A DNA stretch of 64,000 nt from Thermoplasmata archaeon (GCA_035625085.1 DASPQG010000078.1:2151-66150), one strand, 5' to 3'; positions 15,871-24,989 are shown, numbered from the stretch's first letter. A program made the numbers and translations. The notes: a model not told the origin generated them from the sequence alone.

Positions 15871-17970
15871 TCACACGGCGGAAGGGACCGTCCGAGCATC
15901 CGGGCCCGGACGCTCCCAACGGAGCGAGAGGGAATTCAGCACGACGGTGGTGGAGGAGATACCCATGGCGAGTGCGCCGGTGATCGGGAGCACGTTGTAG
16001 ACCCCGAGCCCGAACACGGGGACCAGCGCCCCCATCGCCACCGGAAGGAGGACCGAGTTGTACCCGAGGGCCCAAGCGAGATTGCCCCGCACTTTGCGGA
16101 CGGTTCGTCGGCCCATGCGAAGGGCGAAGGCGACCTCCCGGAAGTCGGAGCGCAGGAGAATCACCCCTCCGGCCTCTCGGGCGACCTCGGTCCCGGCCCC
16201 AATCGCGATCCCGAGGTCCGCGGCGGCGAGCGCCGGCGCATCGTTGATCCCGTCCCCCACGTAGGCGACCTTCGCCCCCCGCTGCTGGAATCCTCGGATC
16301 AGCTCGAGCTTCTCTCGCGGACCCAGCCCGGCGTGGACCTCGCGGATCCCGACCGACTGCGCTACCCGGAGGGCGGCCGCCTCGTGGTCTCCGGTGACCA
16401 TCACGACGCCGATGCCGTCTTGGGCGAGGTCGCTCACCGCAGCGGCGACCCCGGGGGCGACCTCATCAGAGAATCCGAGAAGGCCGATGGCGACCCCGCC
16501 CCGGAGGACCGCCGACCACGCCTTCCCTTCGTCTTCGAGGCGCTCGGCGGACTCCTGAAGCGGTCCTAGGTGGACGCGTTCCTCGGTGACGGCCTTGCCG
16601 CTGAGCACCGCGACGGGCACGCCCCCGAGCGAAGCTCGAACCCCCTTGCCCGGGTCCGCACGGACCGCTTCCGCCACCGGGAAGGAGAGTCGGCGGCCCT
16701 GGGCCGCCTCGATCACAGCGCGGGCGAGCGGATGCTCCGAGCCCGCTTCGATGGTGGCTGCGAGGGCGATGAGTTCTTCCGGGCGGACGCCCGCTGCGGG
16801 AACGGTATCCGTGAGCGACGGGCGACCCCGCGTCAGCGTCCCGGTCTTGTCGGTCAGGACGACGGAGACCCCGCTCGCCCGTTCGAGCGAATCCCTACCC
16901 TTGAACAGGATCCCCTCCTCGGCCGCCCTTCCGGTGCCCACTACGATGGCGGCCGGTGTCGCGATGCCGAACGCGCAGGGACAGGCCGTGATCGCCACCG
17001 AGACGAAAACGAGGAGCGCGATCGTGAATCCCGCGCCCACGACATACCAGCCCGCGGCCGCTAGGGCCGCGAGGGCGAACACGAGGGGAACGAACGCCGC
17101 CGCGATGCGATCCGCGAGTTGCTGGAGAGGCACTCTGCTGGTCTCTGCTTCCGTTACGAGTTGGCCGACCTGCGCGAGCACCGTGTCGGACCCCACTCTC
17201 GTGGCGAGGACGGTGAGCGTACCCTCACCGTTCGTTCCCCCAGCCAGCACGGTCGAGCCCGGTCCCTTCTCGACGGGCAGGCTCTCTCCGGTGAGCAACG
17301 CCTCACTGGTGAAGGAGAGGCCCTCGATGACCGTCCCGTCCGTCGGGTAGCGGCCTCCGGGCAGCACCCGCCAACGATCGCCGGGCTGAACCTCCGAGAC
17401 CGGTACCTGGACTTCCTGGCCGGTCCGCAAGACCGTGGCCGTGGTCGGCACCAGCTCGGCGAGCGCACGAACCGCTCCGCGAGCGCGTTCCCGGGTAAGG
17501 TGCTCGAGGTAGTTCCCGGTAAGGATGAGGGTCACGATCAGAGTCGAGGCATCGAAGTAGAGCGATGCGGGAAGACGGCCCGGCGCCACGAGCACCGCGA
17601 CGCTGTAGGCGTACGCCACCGTGGTGCCCACGGCGATGAGCACGTCCATGTTCCAGGTCCGGCTCCGAACGGCGGCCCTGGTGCTCACGTAATACTGGGA
17701 GCCGGGGTAGAACTGGACGATGCTCGCAAGGGCGAGCATGAGCCAATCCGAGCCGGGGAACCGGAACAGGTACGTGAGCAGGACCACTCCGATTGAGAGT
17801 GGCCAGGCGACCCCCAGTTTCCGGCGAAGCGCACGGAGGGCCCCTTCGGGCCGAGCGAACTCCTCGAGGCAGTGGGAGGAACAGAAGTAGTAAGTCCGAT
17901 TCCCACGAACCAGTCGGAGCTCCGCGTCCGCCTCGTCGACGAACATTCCACAGATCGGGTCCGTCGCCAT
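15871..17970 (-). CDS. copA: copper-translocating P1B-type ATPase with an N-terminal YHS/TRASH metal-binding domain
   Basis: 699-aa ORF. N-terminus DPICGMFVDE...YYFCSSHCLEEF. TM motif CPC (ACPCAFGIATP), DKTGTLT, SEHPLA and GDGINDAPAL. Confidence 0.93.
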   Translation of the reverse strand: MATDPICGMFVDEADAELRLVRGNRTYYFCSSHCLEEFARPEGALRALRRKLGVAWPLSIGVVLLTYLFRFPGSDWLMLALASIVQFYPGSQYYVSTRAAVRSRTWNMDVLIAVGTTVAYAYSVAVLVAPGRLPASLYFDASTLIVTLILTGNYLEHLTRERARGAVRALAELVPTTATVLRTGQEVQVPVSEVQPGDRWRVLPGGRYPTDGTVIEGLSFTSEALLTGESLPVEKGPGSTVLAGGTNGEGTLTVLATRVGSDTVLAQVGQLVTEAETSRVPLQQLADRIAAAFVPLVFALAALAAAGWYVVGAGFTIALLVFVSVAITACPCAFGIATPAAIVVGTGRAAEEGILFKGRDSLERASGVSVVLTDKTGTLTRGRPSLTDTVPAAGVRPEELIALAATIEAGSEHPLARAVIEAAQGRRLSFPVAEAVRADPGKGVRASLGGVPVAVLSGKAVTEERVHLGPLQESAERLEDEGKAWSAVLRGGVAIGLLGFSDEVAPGVAAAVSDLAQDGIGVVMVTGDHEAAALRVAQSVGIREVHAGLGPREKLELIRGFQQRGAKVAYVGDGINDAPALAAADLGIAIGAGTEVAREAGGVILLRSDFREVAFALRMGRRTVRKVRGNLAWALGYNSVLLPVAMGALVPVFGLGVYNVLPITGALAMGISSTTVVLNSLSLRWERPGPDARTVPSAV

Positions 17971-18019
17971 GAACGACTCACGGGACCCGGCGAACCGCCT
18001 CGAACGTGGGGGGGCGGGT

Positions 18020-18166
18020 TTACCCGGACCGGGGGTGGGTCTTTTCGTAGTGCTTTTGGCAGCTTGCAGAACAGAAGTAGATGGTCGTGCCGCCGTACGT
18101 GCCGTGGGCCGCCGCTTTGGAGTCCTCGATGACCATCTCGCACACCGGGTCGGTCACTCTCGCCAT
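18020..18166 (-). CDS. YHS/TRASH-domain small metal-binding protein (putative copper chaperone)
   Basis: 48-aa ORF not in the track: MARVTDPVCEMVIEDSKAAAHGTYGGTTIYFCSASCQKHYEKTHPRSG. It has the same Cys pattern as the CopA N-terminus and lies 49 nt upstream of copA. Confidence 0.75.
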   Translation of the reverse strand: MARVTDPVCEMVIEDSKAAAHGTYGGTTIYFCSASCQKHYEKTHPRSG

Positions 18167-18198
18167 GCTAATGCCCGAGATGCGTTAGTCCCATTAGC
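18167..18198. promoter_or_regulatory. inverted repeat GCTAATG-N18-CATTAGC between the YHS/copA operon and the CGNR gene
   Basis: Perfect 7-bp arms at 18167..18173 and 18192..18198 in the only AT-richer stretch of the 70-bp divergent intergenic region. Candidate operator. Confidence 0.35.
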
Positions 18199-18236
18199 TT
18201 ATTTCCCTTTCGCACTTAGGAGGTTCGTCCGGGAAG

Positions 18237-18833
18237 GTGGGGGTGACGCCGACCAAAGACCGGGAGGACTCCCGTTGGTTCGCCGTGGACTTCGCGAACA
18301 CCACGGCCTGTCCGGCCTGCCAGGGGAGCGATGTGCTCGTCTCGGAGAAGGACGCCCGGGCCTGGGCGCGGAAGAGAGGATTGACCGACCTCGGCCCTAT
18401 CCGCTCGCCCGAACTGCCAGCCCTTCGGCGTTTTCGCGGCGATCTCGTTCGGCTCTTCGGGGCGGTGGCCGACGGGACTTCGCCGTCGGACGATGCGATC
18501 GCCGCGATCAATCGAGCGGCCGTGCGCTCTTCGATGGTTCCGCAACTTCGACGGAGCTCTCGCTCCTGGGTTGTGGAACAGTCGAGGATAGGACGAGGGG
18601 GTTCGGCTCGGGTGACCGCCCGTGCGGCGCGGTCTGCGATGGAGCTACTTGCCGGAACGCCGCCCGCCCGGATCCGGCGTTGCCTCGGACCGGGCTGCCT
18701 CCACTTCCTCGTCGCTCCCACGAAGTCCCAGCGATGGTGCTCTCCCACCGGCTGTGGAAACCGGGTACGTGTCCAGCGTCACTATCGGAAGGTTCGAGAC
18801 CTTCGTCAACGGACTGCGAAGCGGGCCCAGTGA
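18237..18833 (+). CDS. CGNR zinc-finger (ABATE-domain) protein
   Basis: 198-aa ORF whose C-terminus CLGPGCLHFLVAPTKSQRWCSPTGCGNRVRVQRHYRK matches the zf-CGNR pattern. It is divergent from the copper operon. Confidence 0.8.
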   Translation: MGVTPTKDREDSRWFAVDFANTTACPACQGSDVLVSEKDARAWARKRGLTDLGPIRSPELPALRRFRGDLVRLFGAVADGTSPSDDAIAAINRAAVRSSMVPQLRRSSRSWVVEQSRIGRGGSARVTARAARSAMELLAGTPPARIRRCLGPGCLHFLVAPTKSQRWCSPTGCGNRVRVQRHYRKVRDLRQRTAKRAQ

Positions 18834-18926
18834 ATCGGCACCGCCGCCGTCCGCGCGGGCGGGCCGCTCCAATCCTTCCCGGTGCCACAACAAAGGCTAA
18901 GGCCTCGCACGTGTGGCGGGGCCGAC

Positions 18927-19253
18927 ATGCTGGAACAGCTCGACCCCGGAGCCGTCGCTCAGCGGTTGCGCGCAAAGCCGGACTCGGTCGTCCTGCTGGA
19001 CGTTCGGGAGTCGTTCGAGCGGGAGCTCGCATCGATCGATCCCTCCCTGCACATTCCGATGGGGGATGTGCCGGCGCGTCTCGAGGAGATCCCTAGGGAC
19101 CGGCAGGTGGTCGTCTACTGCCATTCGGGCGCCCGGTCGCTGATGGTGGCCGGATTCCTCGCCGAGAACGGGTTCTCGAAGGTCGCGAACCTCTCCGGCG
19201 GGATCGACGCCTGGTCGGTCCGCGTCGACCCGAAGGTTCCCCGCTACAGTTAG
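18927..19253 (+). CDS. rhodanese-domain sulfurtransferase
   Basis: Track ORF 18882..19253 trimmed to ATG 18927 (MLEQLDP...). Active-site loop VVYCHSGARS and C-terminal LSGGIDAW. Confidence 0.88.
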   Translation: MLEQLDPGAVAQRLRAKPDSVVLLDVRESFERELASIDPSLHIPMGDVPARLEEIPRDRQVVVYCHSGARSLMVAGFLAENGFSKVANLSGGIDAWSVRVDPKVPRYS

Positions 19254-19256
19254 CGC

Positions 19257-19586
19257 TCAGCGAGGAGATCGGCGTCGCCCGGCCGGGTCGGGAGCCTGCT
19301 CGAACACTTCGATGTACCCGCGCATCTTCCAGTAGGTGTCGAGGAACTCCTGTCCCCTCGGGGTGATGTCGTAGGCGGGTCGGCCGTCGATCTCCTCGGA
19401 CTTGAGGAGCCCGAGCGCGAGCAGCCGGTCGACGAAGTTTCGGAGCCGGTCGACCGGCATGCCGGCACCGTAGGAGATCCTCGTGATACGGGCGGCGCCA
19501 TGGTAGCGCTTGACGACCTCGAGGACCGTGGCGTAGAGATCGCTTACCTCTCTTCGTCGAGGGGTGCCGGACGCGCCGTCCATCAT
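19257..19586 (-). CDS. winged-helix DNA-binding protein (archaeal HTH_45-like)
   Basis: 109-aa ORF with RITRISYGAGMPVDRLRNFVDRLLALGLLKSEE..YDITPRGQEFL. It lies 15 nt downstream of the bactofilin-like gene on the same strand. Confidence 0.7.
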   Translation of the reverse strand: MMDGASGTPRRREVSDLYATVLEVVKRYHGAARITRISYGAGMPVDRLRNFVDRLLALGLLKSEEIDGRPAYDITPRGQEFLDTYWKMRGYIEVFEQAPDPAGRRRSPR

Positions 19587-19601
19587 CGGTGCGTCCTCGG
19601 C

Positions 19602-20819
19602 TCACAGGGGGAACGGAGGTAGCTCCGTCACCTTCTGGGGCGTGGCCCGCACCCGGGCTCCGTCCCGCATCTCGAGCGACTCGGTGTACGTCACCTGGTC
19701 GACGGAGGCACCGTCGCTCAAGACCACTCGTCGCGCGAACACTCGCACCGCCTCGGCCTTCTCGTTCAGCTCCACGGTGTCGCCGTAGATATCCTCGGCT
19801 GTCGCCTTCGTATCCAGCTGAACCTCACCGCCGACCAGCGGGCCCCGGGCGCGGGACTTCCGGTCGAGCCGCACTCGCGCGGCCTTCAGTCCCTCGCGGG
19901 TGGTGACGACCCCGCCGATCTCTACCTCCCCGCTGAACACCGCTCGCCGGGCCTCGATCTTGCCGCCGACTTCCAGATTCGCCCCGGTCACCCCCTCGCC
20001 CACCGAGATCTCTCCTCCCACCTCAAGCCGGCCGGTGAGCTCGAGCGATCCCTTCACCGTGAACCGGCCCCCGACCTCGACGTCCCGGCCGCGGCCGTTG
20101 CCCCCAATCGAGCCGAACCCTCCGACCTCGAGGTCCTCGAACGTGAGGTCGCGGTCGGCGCTCATCATCCCTCCGGCCTCGATGTGGCGACCCTTCGCCG
20201 CATCGTGGAACTGGGCGATACCCCCGACTTCGAGCGCGCCGAACTCCAGCGGGGCCGAGGAGGTGAACCGACCCCCCACCTCGATCGACCGCCGAACGAT
20301 CCCCCCGGCGAGGCTCACGAGACCTCCGACTTCGATCGAATCCAGTGCGACCTCCTTGAGGTCGACGGAACCTCCCGCCTCAACACTCTCGGCGGTCAAC
20401 TTCCCGGCCAGACGGAGCTTACCCCCGACAGAGACCGTCTTCGCGGTGAGGGTCTGGGCACCTTCGAGCTTCCCGCCGACCTCGAACTCCTCGGCCGTAG
20501 CGGGACCCCCCACGTTCAACCCCCGGTCGACGTCTACGCTTCGGGCCCGGAGCTCACCGTCCACCTCGACCGCCCCGTCACGCGATTCGAGATCCTCCGC
20601 AACGAACAGATGACCGCGCACCCGGACCGTGCCATCGTCGGACCGGAACGACCGGCATTCCATGTCGCCCCGCACGTCGGCGTTCCCATCGAATCGGGCC
20701 TGGCCCGCGACGGCGAGGCGGCCGTCGACGTCAATCTCGACATCCGGATCGGCCCGTAGGTCGCCCTCGAGAGCCCCGAGTCGGATCCTCGCGTGCCGCG
20801 GGATTCGCGTTTCTGCCAT
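19602..20819 (-). CDS. polymer-forming cytoskeletal (bactofilin-like) beta-helix repeat protein
   Basis: Track ORF 19602..20837 (GTG). I prefer ATG 20819 (MAETRIP...), which lies 29 nt after a TATAGAA box. There are about 14 repeats of hydrophobic-E-V/A/I-GG spaced 15-20 aa apart (FEVGG, VSVGG, VEAGG, IEVGG, LEVGG and others). Confidence 0.8.
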   Translation of the reverse strand: MAETRIPRHARIRLGALEGDLRADPDVEIDVDGRLAVAGQARFDGNADVRGDMECRSFRSDDGTVRVRGHLFVAEDLESRDGAVEVDGELRARSVDVDRGLNVGGPATAEEFEVGGKLEGAQTLTAKTVSVGGKLRLAGKLTAESVEAGGSVDLKEVALDSIEVGGLVSLAGGIVRRSIEVGGRFTSSAPLEFGALEVGGIAQFHDAAKGRHIEAGGMMSADRDLTFEDLEVGGFGSIGGNGRGRDVEVGGRFTVKGSLELTGRLEVGGEISVGEGVTGANLEVGGKIEARRAVFSGEVEIGGVVTTREGLKAARVRLDRKSRARGPLVGGEVQLDTKATAEDIYGDTVELNEKAEAVRVFARRVVLSDGASVDQVTYTESLEMRDGARVRATPQKVTELPPFPL

Positions 20820-20842
20820 CGGTGGAGGGAGAGGCACCCCCT

Positions 20843-20850
20843 TCTATAGG
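20843..20850 (-). promoter_or_regulatory. TATA-like box (minus strand CCTATAGAAG) for the bactofilin-like gene
   Basis: Located 29 nt before ATG 20819. The longer GTG start at 20837 would lie almost inside the box. Confidence 0.4.
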
Positions 20851-20924
20851 GGTAGGTCACGCTGGGTGACTACCGGGACGGAGGTCACGGGAATCCCCAA
20901 GAGGGGGCGACGCTCCCTCCCGGC

Positions 20925-21638
20925 GTGGCCGATTCCCTCGAGCTCGTCCGCCGCGAGGTGGTCGTCTGCGCCCGGTGTCCCCGCCTGGTCCGGTACCGGG
21001 AGCGCGTCGCCCGGGAGAAGAAGCGAGAGTTCCGCGATGAGGAGTACTGGGGCCGACCGGTCCCGGGCTTCGGCGACCCCGCGGCCAGGCTCGTGGCGGT
21101 CGGCCTCGCGCCAGCGGCCCACGGGTCGAACCGAACCGGTCGGGTCTTCACGGGGGATCGTTCGGCCGCGTTTCTCGTCCGGGCGTTCCATGCGGCGGGG
21201 TTTGCGAACCAACCAACCTCGCTGCACCGGGGGGACGGCCTGCGGTATCAGGACCTGTACCTCACGGCGGCGCTGCGCTGTGCCCCGCCCGACAACCGCC
21301 CAACGCCCGAAGAACGCGCGCATTGCGCGCCGTTCCTCGAACGGGAGCTGCGCCTCCTGACGGAAGCCCGAGCGATCCTCGCGCTCGGAGGGGTGGCCTG
21401 GGATGCCGTCCGCGATGTCGTGCCCGGCGTGTACGGGAGCGAACGTCCGGCGGGCGCCTTCGCTCACGGAACCTGCGTTCCCCTCGGACCGGGACGCCCG
21501 CTGCTGTGGGGCTCGTACCATCCCAGCCCGCAGAACACGAACACGGGCAAACTCACCCTCGCGATGCTCGTGGACCTCCTCCAGAGGATCCGGGCGGGGT
21601 ACGAATCGACCGCGGGGCCGGGGACTCGCCATCCTTAA
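20925..21638 (+). CDS. udg: uracil-DNA glycosylase, family 4/5 (UdgB-like, Fe-S)
   Basis: 237-aa ORF with CARCPRL, GLAPAAHGSNRTGRVFTGD, LRCAPPDN...HCAPFL and SYHPSPQN. Confidence 0.88.
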   Translation: MADSLELVRREVVVCARCPRLVRYRERVAREKKREFRDEEYWGRPVPGFGDPAARLVAVGLAPAAHGSNRTGRVFTGDRSAAFLVRAFHAAGFANQPTSLHRGDGLRYQDLYLTAALRCAPPDNRPTPEERAHCAPFLERELRLLTEARAILALGGVAWDAVRDVVPGVYGSERPAGAFAHGTCVPLGPGRPLLWGSYHPSPQNTNTGKLTLAMLVDLLQRIRAGYESTAGPGTRHP

Positions 21639-21650
21639 CGGGGCAAGACG

Positions 21651-23582
21651 GTGGCCGGCGAGATGGTCGACTTCGAGCTCCTCGACCGGGACGGTCTGGC
21701 GCGGCTGGGGCGGTTCTCCACCCCGCACGGCCCGATCGAGACACCCGCCCTGCTCCCCGTGGTGCATCCGGATCCGGCCCGTCAGCCCGTGGCCCCGGAG
21801 GAGATGCGCGCCCGGCTCGGAGTACGAGCGGTGATCACGTCGGCGTACATCACGTGGCGAACCCCGCCGTTGCGCACCGTCGCCGAGGCGGAGGGCATCC
21901 ATCGCCTCATCCGCTTCGATGGTCCGGTGATGACCGACTCGGGCGCCTTCCAGCAGCACGCCTACGGTTCGGTGGAGGTCGCCCCGGAGGAGATCCTGGG
22001 GTTCCAGAACGCGATCGGGAGCGACATCGCGACCGTCCTCGACGTCTTCTCGGAACCGGAGGACTCCCACGAAGCCACTGAGTCCGCCCTTCGGGCCACG
22101 ATCGATCGGGCCCAGAAGAGCCGGGCGGAGCGGGAGGGTCTCCTCGCGGTCCCCGTACAGGGGGGTTCCCATCCCGACCTGCGGGCCGAGTCGGCGCGCG
22201 CCGCGAGCGAGCTCGGGGACGTGCTCGCCGTCGGCGGGGTCGTCCCGCTGATGGAACAGTACCGGTTCCCTGAGCTCGTCCGAGTGCTCGTCGCGGCCCG
22301 GCCGTGTCTATCTCCGGCGAGGGTGGTGCACCTGTTCGGGACCGGGCATCCGATGACGTTCGCCTTCGCCGCCCTCTTCGGGGTCGATCTGTTCGACTCG
22401 TCGGCGTACCACAAATTCGCCCGCCGGGGGAGCTTGATGTTCCCGGACGGGACCGTCCCGCTCGAAGACGTGCGGGAGGAGACCTGTCACTGCTTCCTCT
22501 GCGTGGAGCGGCCGCTCCCCGAGGTGGCCCGCCTCCCGGCCGAAGAGCGGGAGCGCCGCGTGGCGTACCATAACCTGATGGTCTCCGTCGAAGAGATCCG
22601 TCGGGTCCGGCAGGCGATCCGCGACGGGACCCTGTGGGAGCTCGCCGAACGGCGATGCACGGCCCACCCGGCGCTGCGCGCCGGGCTCCGGGAGACGATG
22701 CGTCACCCGGACGTGTTCCTCCCCACGGAACCCGATTCCCGACGGGCATTCCGGGAGATGATCTCGGAGAGCCGCGAGCGGCCGGTCGCCGTCCGCTTCC
22801 GGCATTCGGTCGAGGCGTACCGCGTGGGCAAGCCCGAGAGCCACCCGATCGTGCGGTTTCCGCTCCGACCGGAGTACCTTCGCTATCTGCCCACCGCGGA
22901 CGGATCGGATCGGACGCTCGAGTGGGAAAGCTCGACGCCGTTCGGCCCCGTGCCGGTCGAACTCACCGACCTCTACCCCGTCGGCCCCTATCTCGGCGTG
23001 GACGAATTCGTCGAGCGGGCGCGCCACCGTTCGCCCTCCGCCTTCGCGGAGGCGGTCGCCACGTCGCTGGGATCGAGCTACGATCGGGAGCGGGATTGGA
23101 CTGCGGATTGGGATCGGCGCCAGCTTGCCCGGCTCCTCGAGTGGCGATACGGTGCGGCGAGCGCCGTGGCCCTCGGGGAGGGACTCCGTGCCGAGCGATC
23201 GCGCCGGACCGGCCGGCTCCGGGCGATGCATCGCGACGGGGAGCCCGAGTTCATCGTGGGGACCGACGGAATCCCGCGACCGACGTTCCGAGGAGGCGCG
23301 CGGCTCCACGCGTGTCTTCCTCCGGGCCGGGAGCGGGTAATCGTCCTCGATGACGCCGTCCCATTCGTGCGGGAAGGACGGAGCCTGTTCTCGACGTTTG
23401 TCGTCGGGGCCGACCCGGCCCTCGTTCCCGGGACCACCGCGCTATTGGTCGACGAACGAGACGCCTATCTCGCGGTGGGACGACTCGTGCTCGCGCCCCA
23501 CGAGATGGGTCGGCTCCGCCGCGGGGTAGCAGTCCGCGTGACCGCGCACGCTCGTTCGCCACCGGTCGAGCCGGAAGAGTGA
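21651..23582 (+). CDS. tgtA: archaeosine tRNA-guanine transglycosylase (ArcTGT) with a C-terminal PUA region
   Basis: 643-aa ORF (GTG 21651; alternative ATG 21663). It has FELLDRDGLARLGRFSTPHGPIETPALLPVV, DSGAFQ, FGTGHP and Zn site CHCFLC. The long C-terminal extension is typical of ArcTGT. Confidence 0.9.
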   Translation: MAGEMVDFELLDRDGLARLGRFSTPHGPIETPALLPVVHPDPARQPVAPEEMRARLGVRAVITSAYITWRTPPLRTVAEAEGIHRLIRFDGPVMTDSGAFQQHAYGSVEVAPEEILGFQNAIGSDIATVLDVFSEPEDSHEATESALRATIDRAQKSRAEREGLLAVPVQGGSHPDLRAESARAASELGDVLAVGGVVPLMEQYRFPELVRVLVAARPCLSPARVVHLFGTGHPMTFAFAALFGVDLFDSSAYHKFARRGSLMFPDGTVPLEDVREETCHCFLCVERPLPEVARLPAEERERRVAYHNLMVSVEEIRRVRQAIRDGTLWELAERRCTAHPALRAGLRETMRHPDVFLPTEPDSRRAFREMISESRERPVAVRFRHSVEAYRVGKPESHPIVRFPLRPEYLRYLPTADGSDRTLEWESSTPFGPVPVELTDLYPVGPYLGVDEFVERARHRSPSAFAEAVATSLGSSYDRERDWTADWDRRQLARLLEWRYGAASAVALGEGLRAERSRRTGRLRAMHRDGEPEFIVGTDGIPRPTFRGGARLHACLPPGRERVIVLDDAVPFVREGRSLFSTFVVGADPALVPGTTALLVDERDAYLAVGRLVLAPHEMGRLRRGVAVRVTAHARSPPVEPEE

Positions 23583-23673
23583 GCGCTCGGCTCGGGGCTC
23601 TCGGGGGCCCTCTGCACCGGTCGCCTTTAAGACGGAAAGGGCTAGCGGATGTCGCACCGGTTCCGGGGACTCG

Positions 23674-23904
23674 ATGACCAAGACGTTCCTGCTCCTGCAA
23701 CTTGACAGCGAAGGGGCGTCGTACTCCGAGGTCGCCGCTCTGCTCGAGGACATGGGATTCCAGCCGGAGACGGAAGGATACGATTTCCTCTACGACTGGG
23801 GCCGCCCGGCCAGCGTGGCGGAGTCCCTCGCGTTCGCCGACCGGATCCAGGAAGCCCTGCACGGTTCGCGCGTTCGTTTTCGGATCGAGTCGACGGAGGA
23901 GTGA
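23674..23904 (+). CDS. small hypothetical protein (76 aa)
   Basis: ATG ORF with high GC3 and acidic alpha/beta-like sequence. A CTTTAAGA box lies about 45 nt upstream. No recognisable motif. Confidence 0.45.
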   Translation: MTKTFLLLQLDSEGASYSEVAALLEDMGFQPETEGYDFLYDWGRPASVAESLAFADRIQEALHGSRVRFRIESTEE

Positions 23905-23933
23905 ACGCCGCTCCCCGCTCGGCGGGGCGGAGG

Positions 23934-23940
23934 GTTATAA
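23934..23940 (+). promoter_or_regulatory. TATA box (GTTATAA) for kae1
   Basis: Located 28 nt before ATG 23963. Confidence 0.45.
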
Positions 23941-23962
23941 CCGCCCTACCGGTGGAAGGCCG

Positions 23963-24949
23963 ATGGTGATCCTGGGCATCGAGTCGACGGCCCACACCGC
24001 CTCCGTGGGCCTCGTGGACGAAGGGGCCAAAGTGCTCGGGCTTGCCTCGGATTTCTACCAGCCTCCGGCCGGTGGCATCCATCCGCGAGAGGCGGCCAAT
24101 CATCACGTCGAGGTGCTTCCCGGCCTGGTCACGAAGGCGCTCGAGGCCGCGCAGGTTCGGCCGAAAGAGATTGAGGCGGTCGCCTTTTCCCAGGGACCCG
24201 GGCTCGGCCCGTGCCTTAGGGCGGGAGCGACCGTGGCGCGGATGCTCTCCCTCGCCTGGGACCGCCCTCTTGTCCCCGTGAACCACTGCGTGGCCCACGT
24301 CGAGATCGCCCGGGTCCTGAGCGGGCTCGACGACCCACTCCTCCTCTACGCGAGTGGCGGGAACACGCAGGTGATCACGTACGCCCGCCGCCGCTATCGG
24401 GTGCTCGGGGAGACGCTCGACATCGGCGTCGGCAACTTCCTCGACAAGCTCTGGCTCGGCCTCGGGGGGACGTTCCCCGGCGGACCCGCGATCGAGGAGG
24501 AGGCGCGCCGAGGCGAAGAGCTCCTCCCGCTCCCGTACTCGGTGCACGGCATGGACGTCGCCTTTTCGGGCATGCTGACCGCCTCCCTCGCTCTCCACCG
24601 CCAGGGCGCGAAGCGACCCGACCTCGCGCTCTCCGTCGAAGTGACCGCCTACTCGATGTTGACCGAGATCACCGAGCGAGCCCTCGCGCATCGCGGTCGG
24701 AAGGCGGTGGTGTTGGGCGGCGGCGTGGCCTGCAACGGACGTCTAAGGGAGATGGTCCGGGCGATGACCGAGAGTCGCGGCGGGTCGATGTACGGCCCCC
24801 CGAAGTCGTTGTGCGTCGACAACGGGGCGATGATCGCCTGGACCGGGCATCTCGCCTACCGGTCCGGGGTGACGACGACGATTGAGGGGTCGGCGGTGCA
24901 GCCTCGGCAGCGGACCGACCTCGTTCAGACTCCCTGGCGGCCCGACTGA
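23963..24949 (+). CDS. kae1: tRNA N6-adenosine threonylcarbamoyltransferase Kae1 (not fused to Bud32)
   Basis: Track ORF 23702..24949 trimmed to ATG 23963 (MVILGIESTAHTASVG...), which lies 28 nt after a GTTATAA box. It has VNHCVAHVE, SGGNTQ and GVACN motifs. Confidence 0.92.
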   Translation: MVILGIESTAHTASVGLVDEGAKVLGLASDFYQPPAGGIHPREAANHHVEVLPGLVTKALEAAQVRPKEIEAVAFSQGPGLGPCLRAGATVARMLSLAWDRPLVPVNHCVAHVEIARVLSGLDDPLLLYASGGNTQVITYARRRYRVLGETLDIGVGNFLDKLWLGLGGTFPGGPAIEEEARRGEELLPLPYSVHGMDVAFSGMLTASLALHRQGAKRPDLALSVEVTAYSMLTEITERALAHRGRKAVVLGGGVACNGRLREMVRAMTESRGGSMYGPPKSLCVDNGAMIAWTGHLAYRSGVTTTIEGSAVQPRQRTDLVQTPWRPD

Positions 24950-24989
24950 CGGGTCCCGCCGTTAAGAGCGAACGGCGGCTGGAGGGACC

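Noticed and set aside
19602-20819. Regular nucleotide-level repetition (GAGGTCGGNGG-like units) that might be mistaken for a repeat array.
   Set aside because: The periodicity is irregular at 45-60 nt, lies inside one long ORF, and corresponds to the E-V-G-G protein repeat. There are no spacer-like unique segments or CRISPR-type conserved repeats.
20844-22172. 442-aa minus-strand ORF.
   Set aside because: It lies antisense to the UDG and ArcTGT genes, which have clear family motifs. It is a shadow frame.
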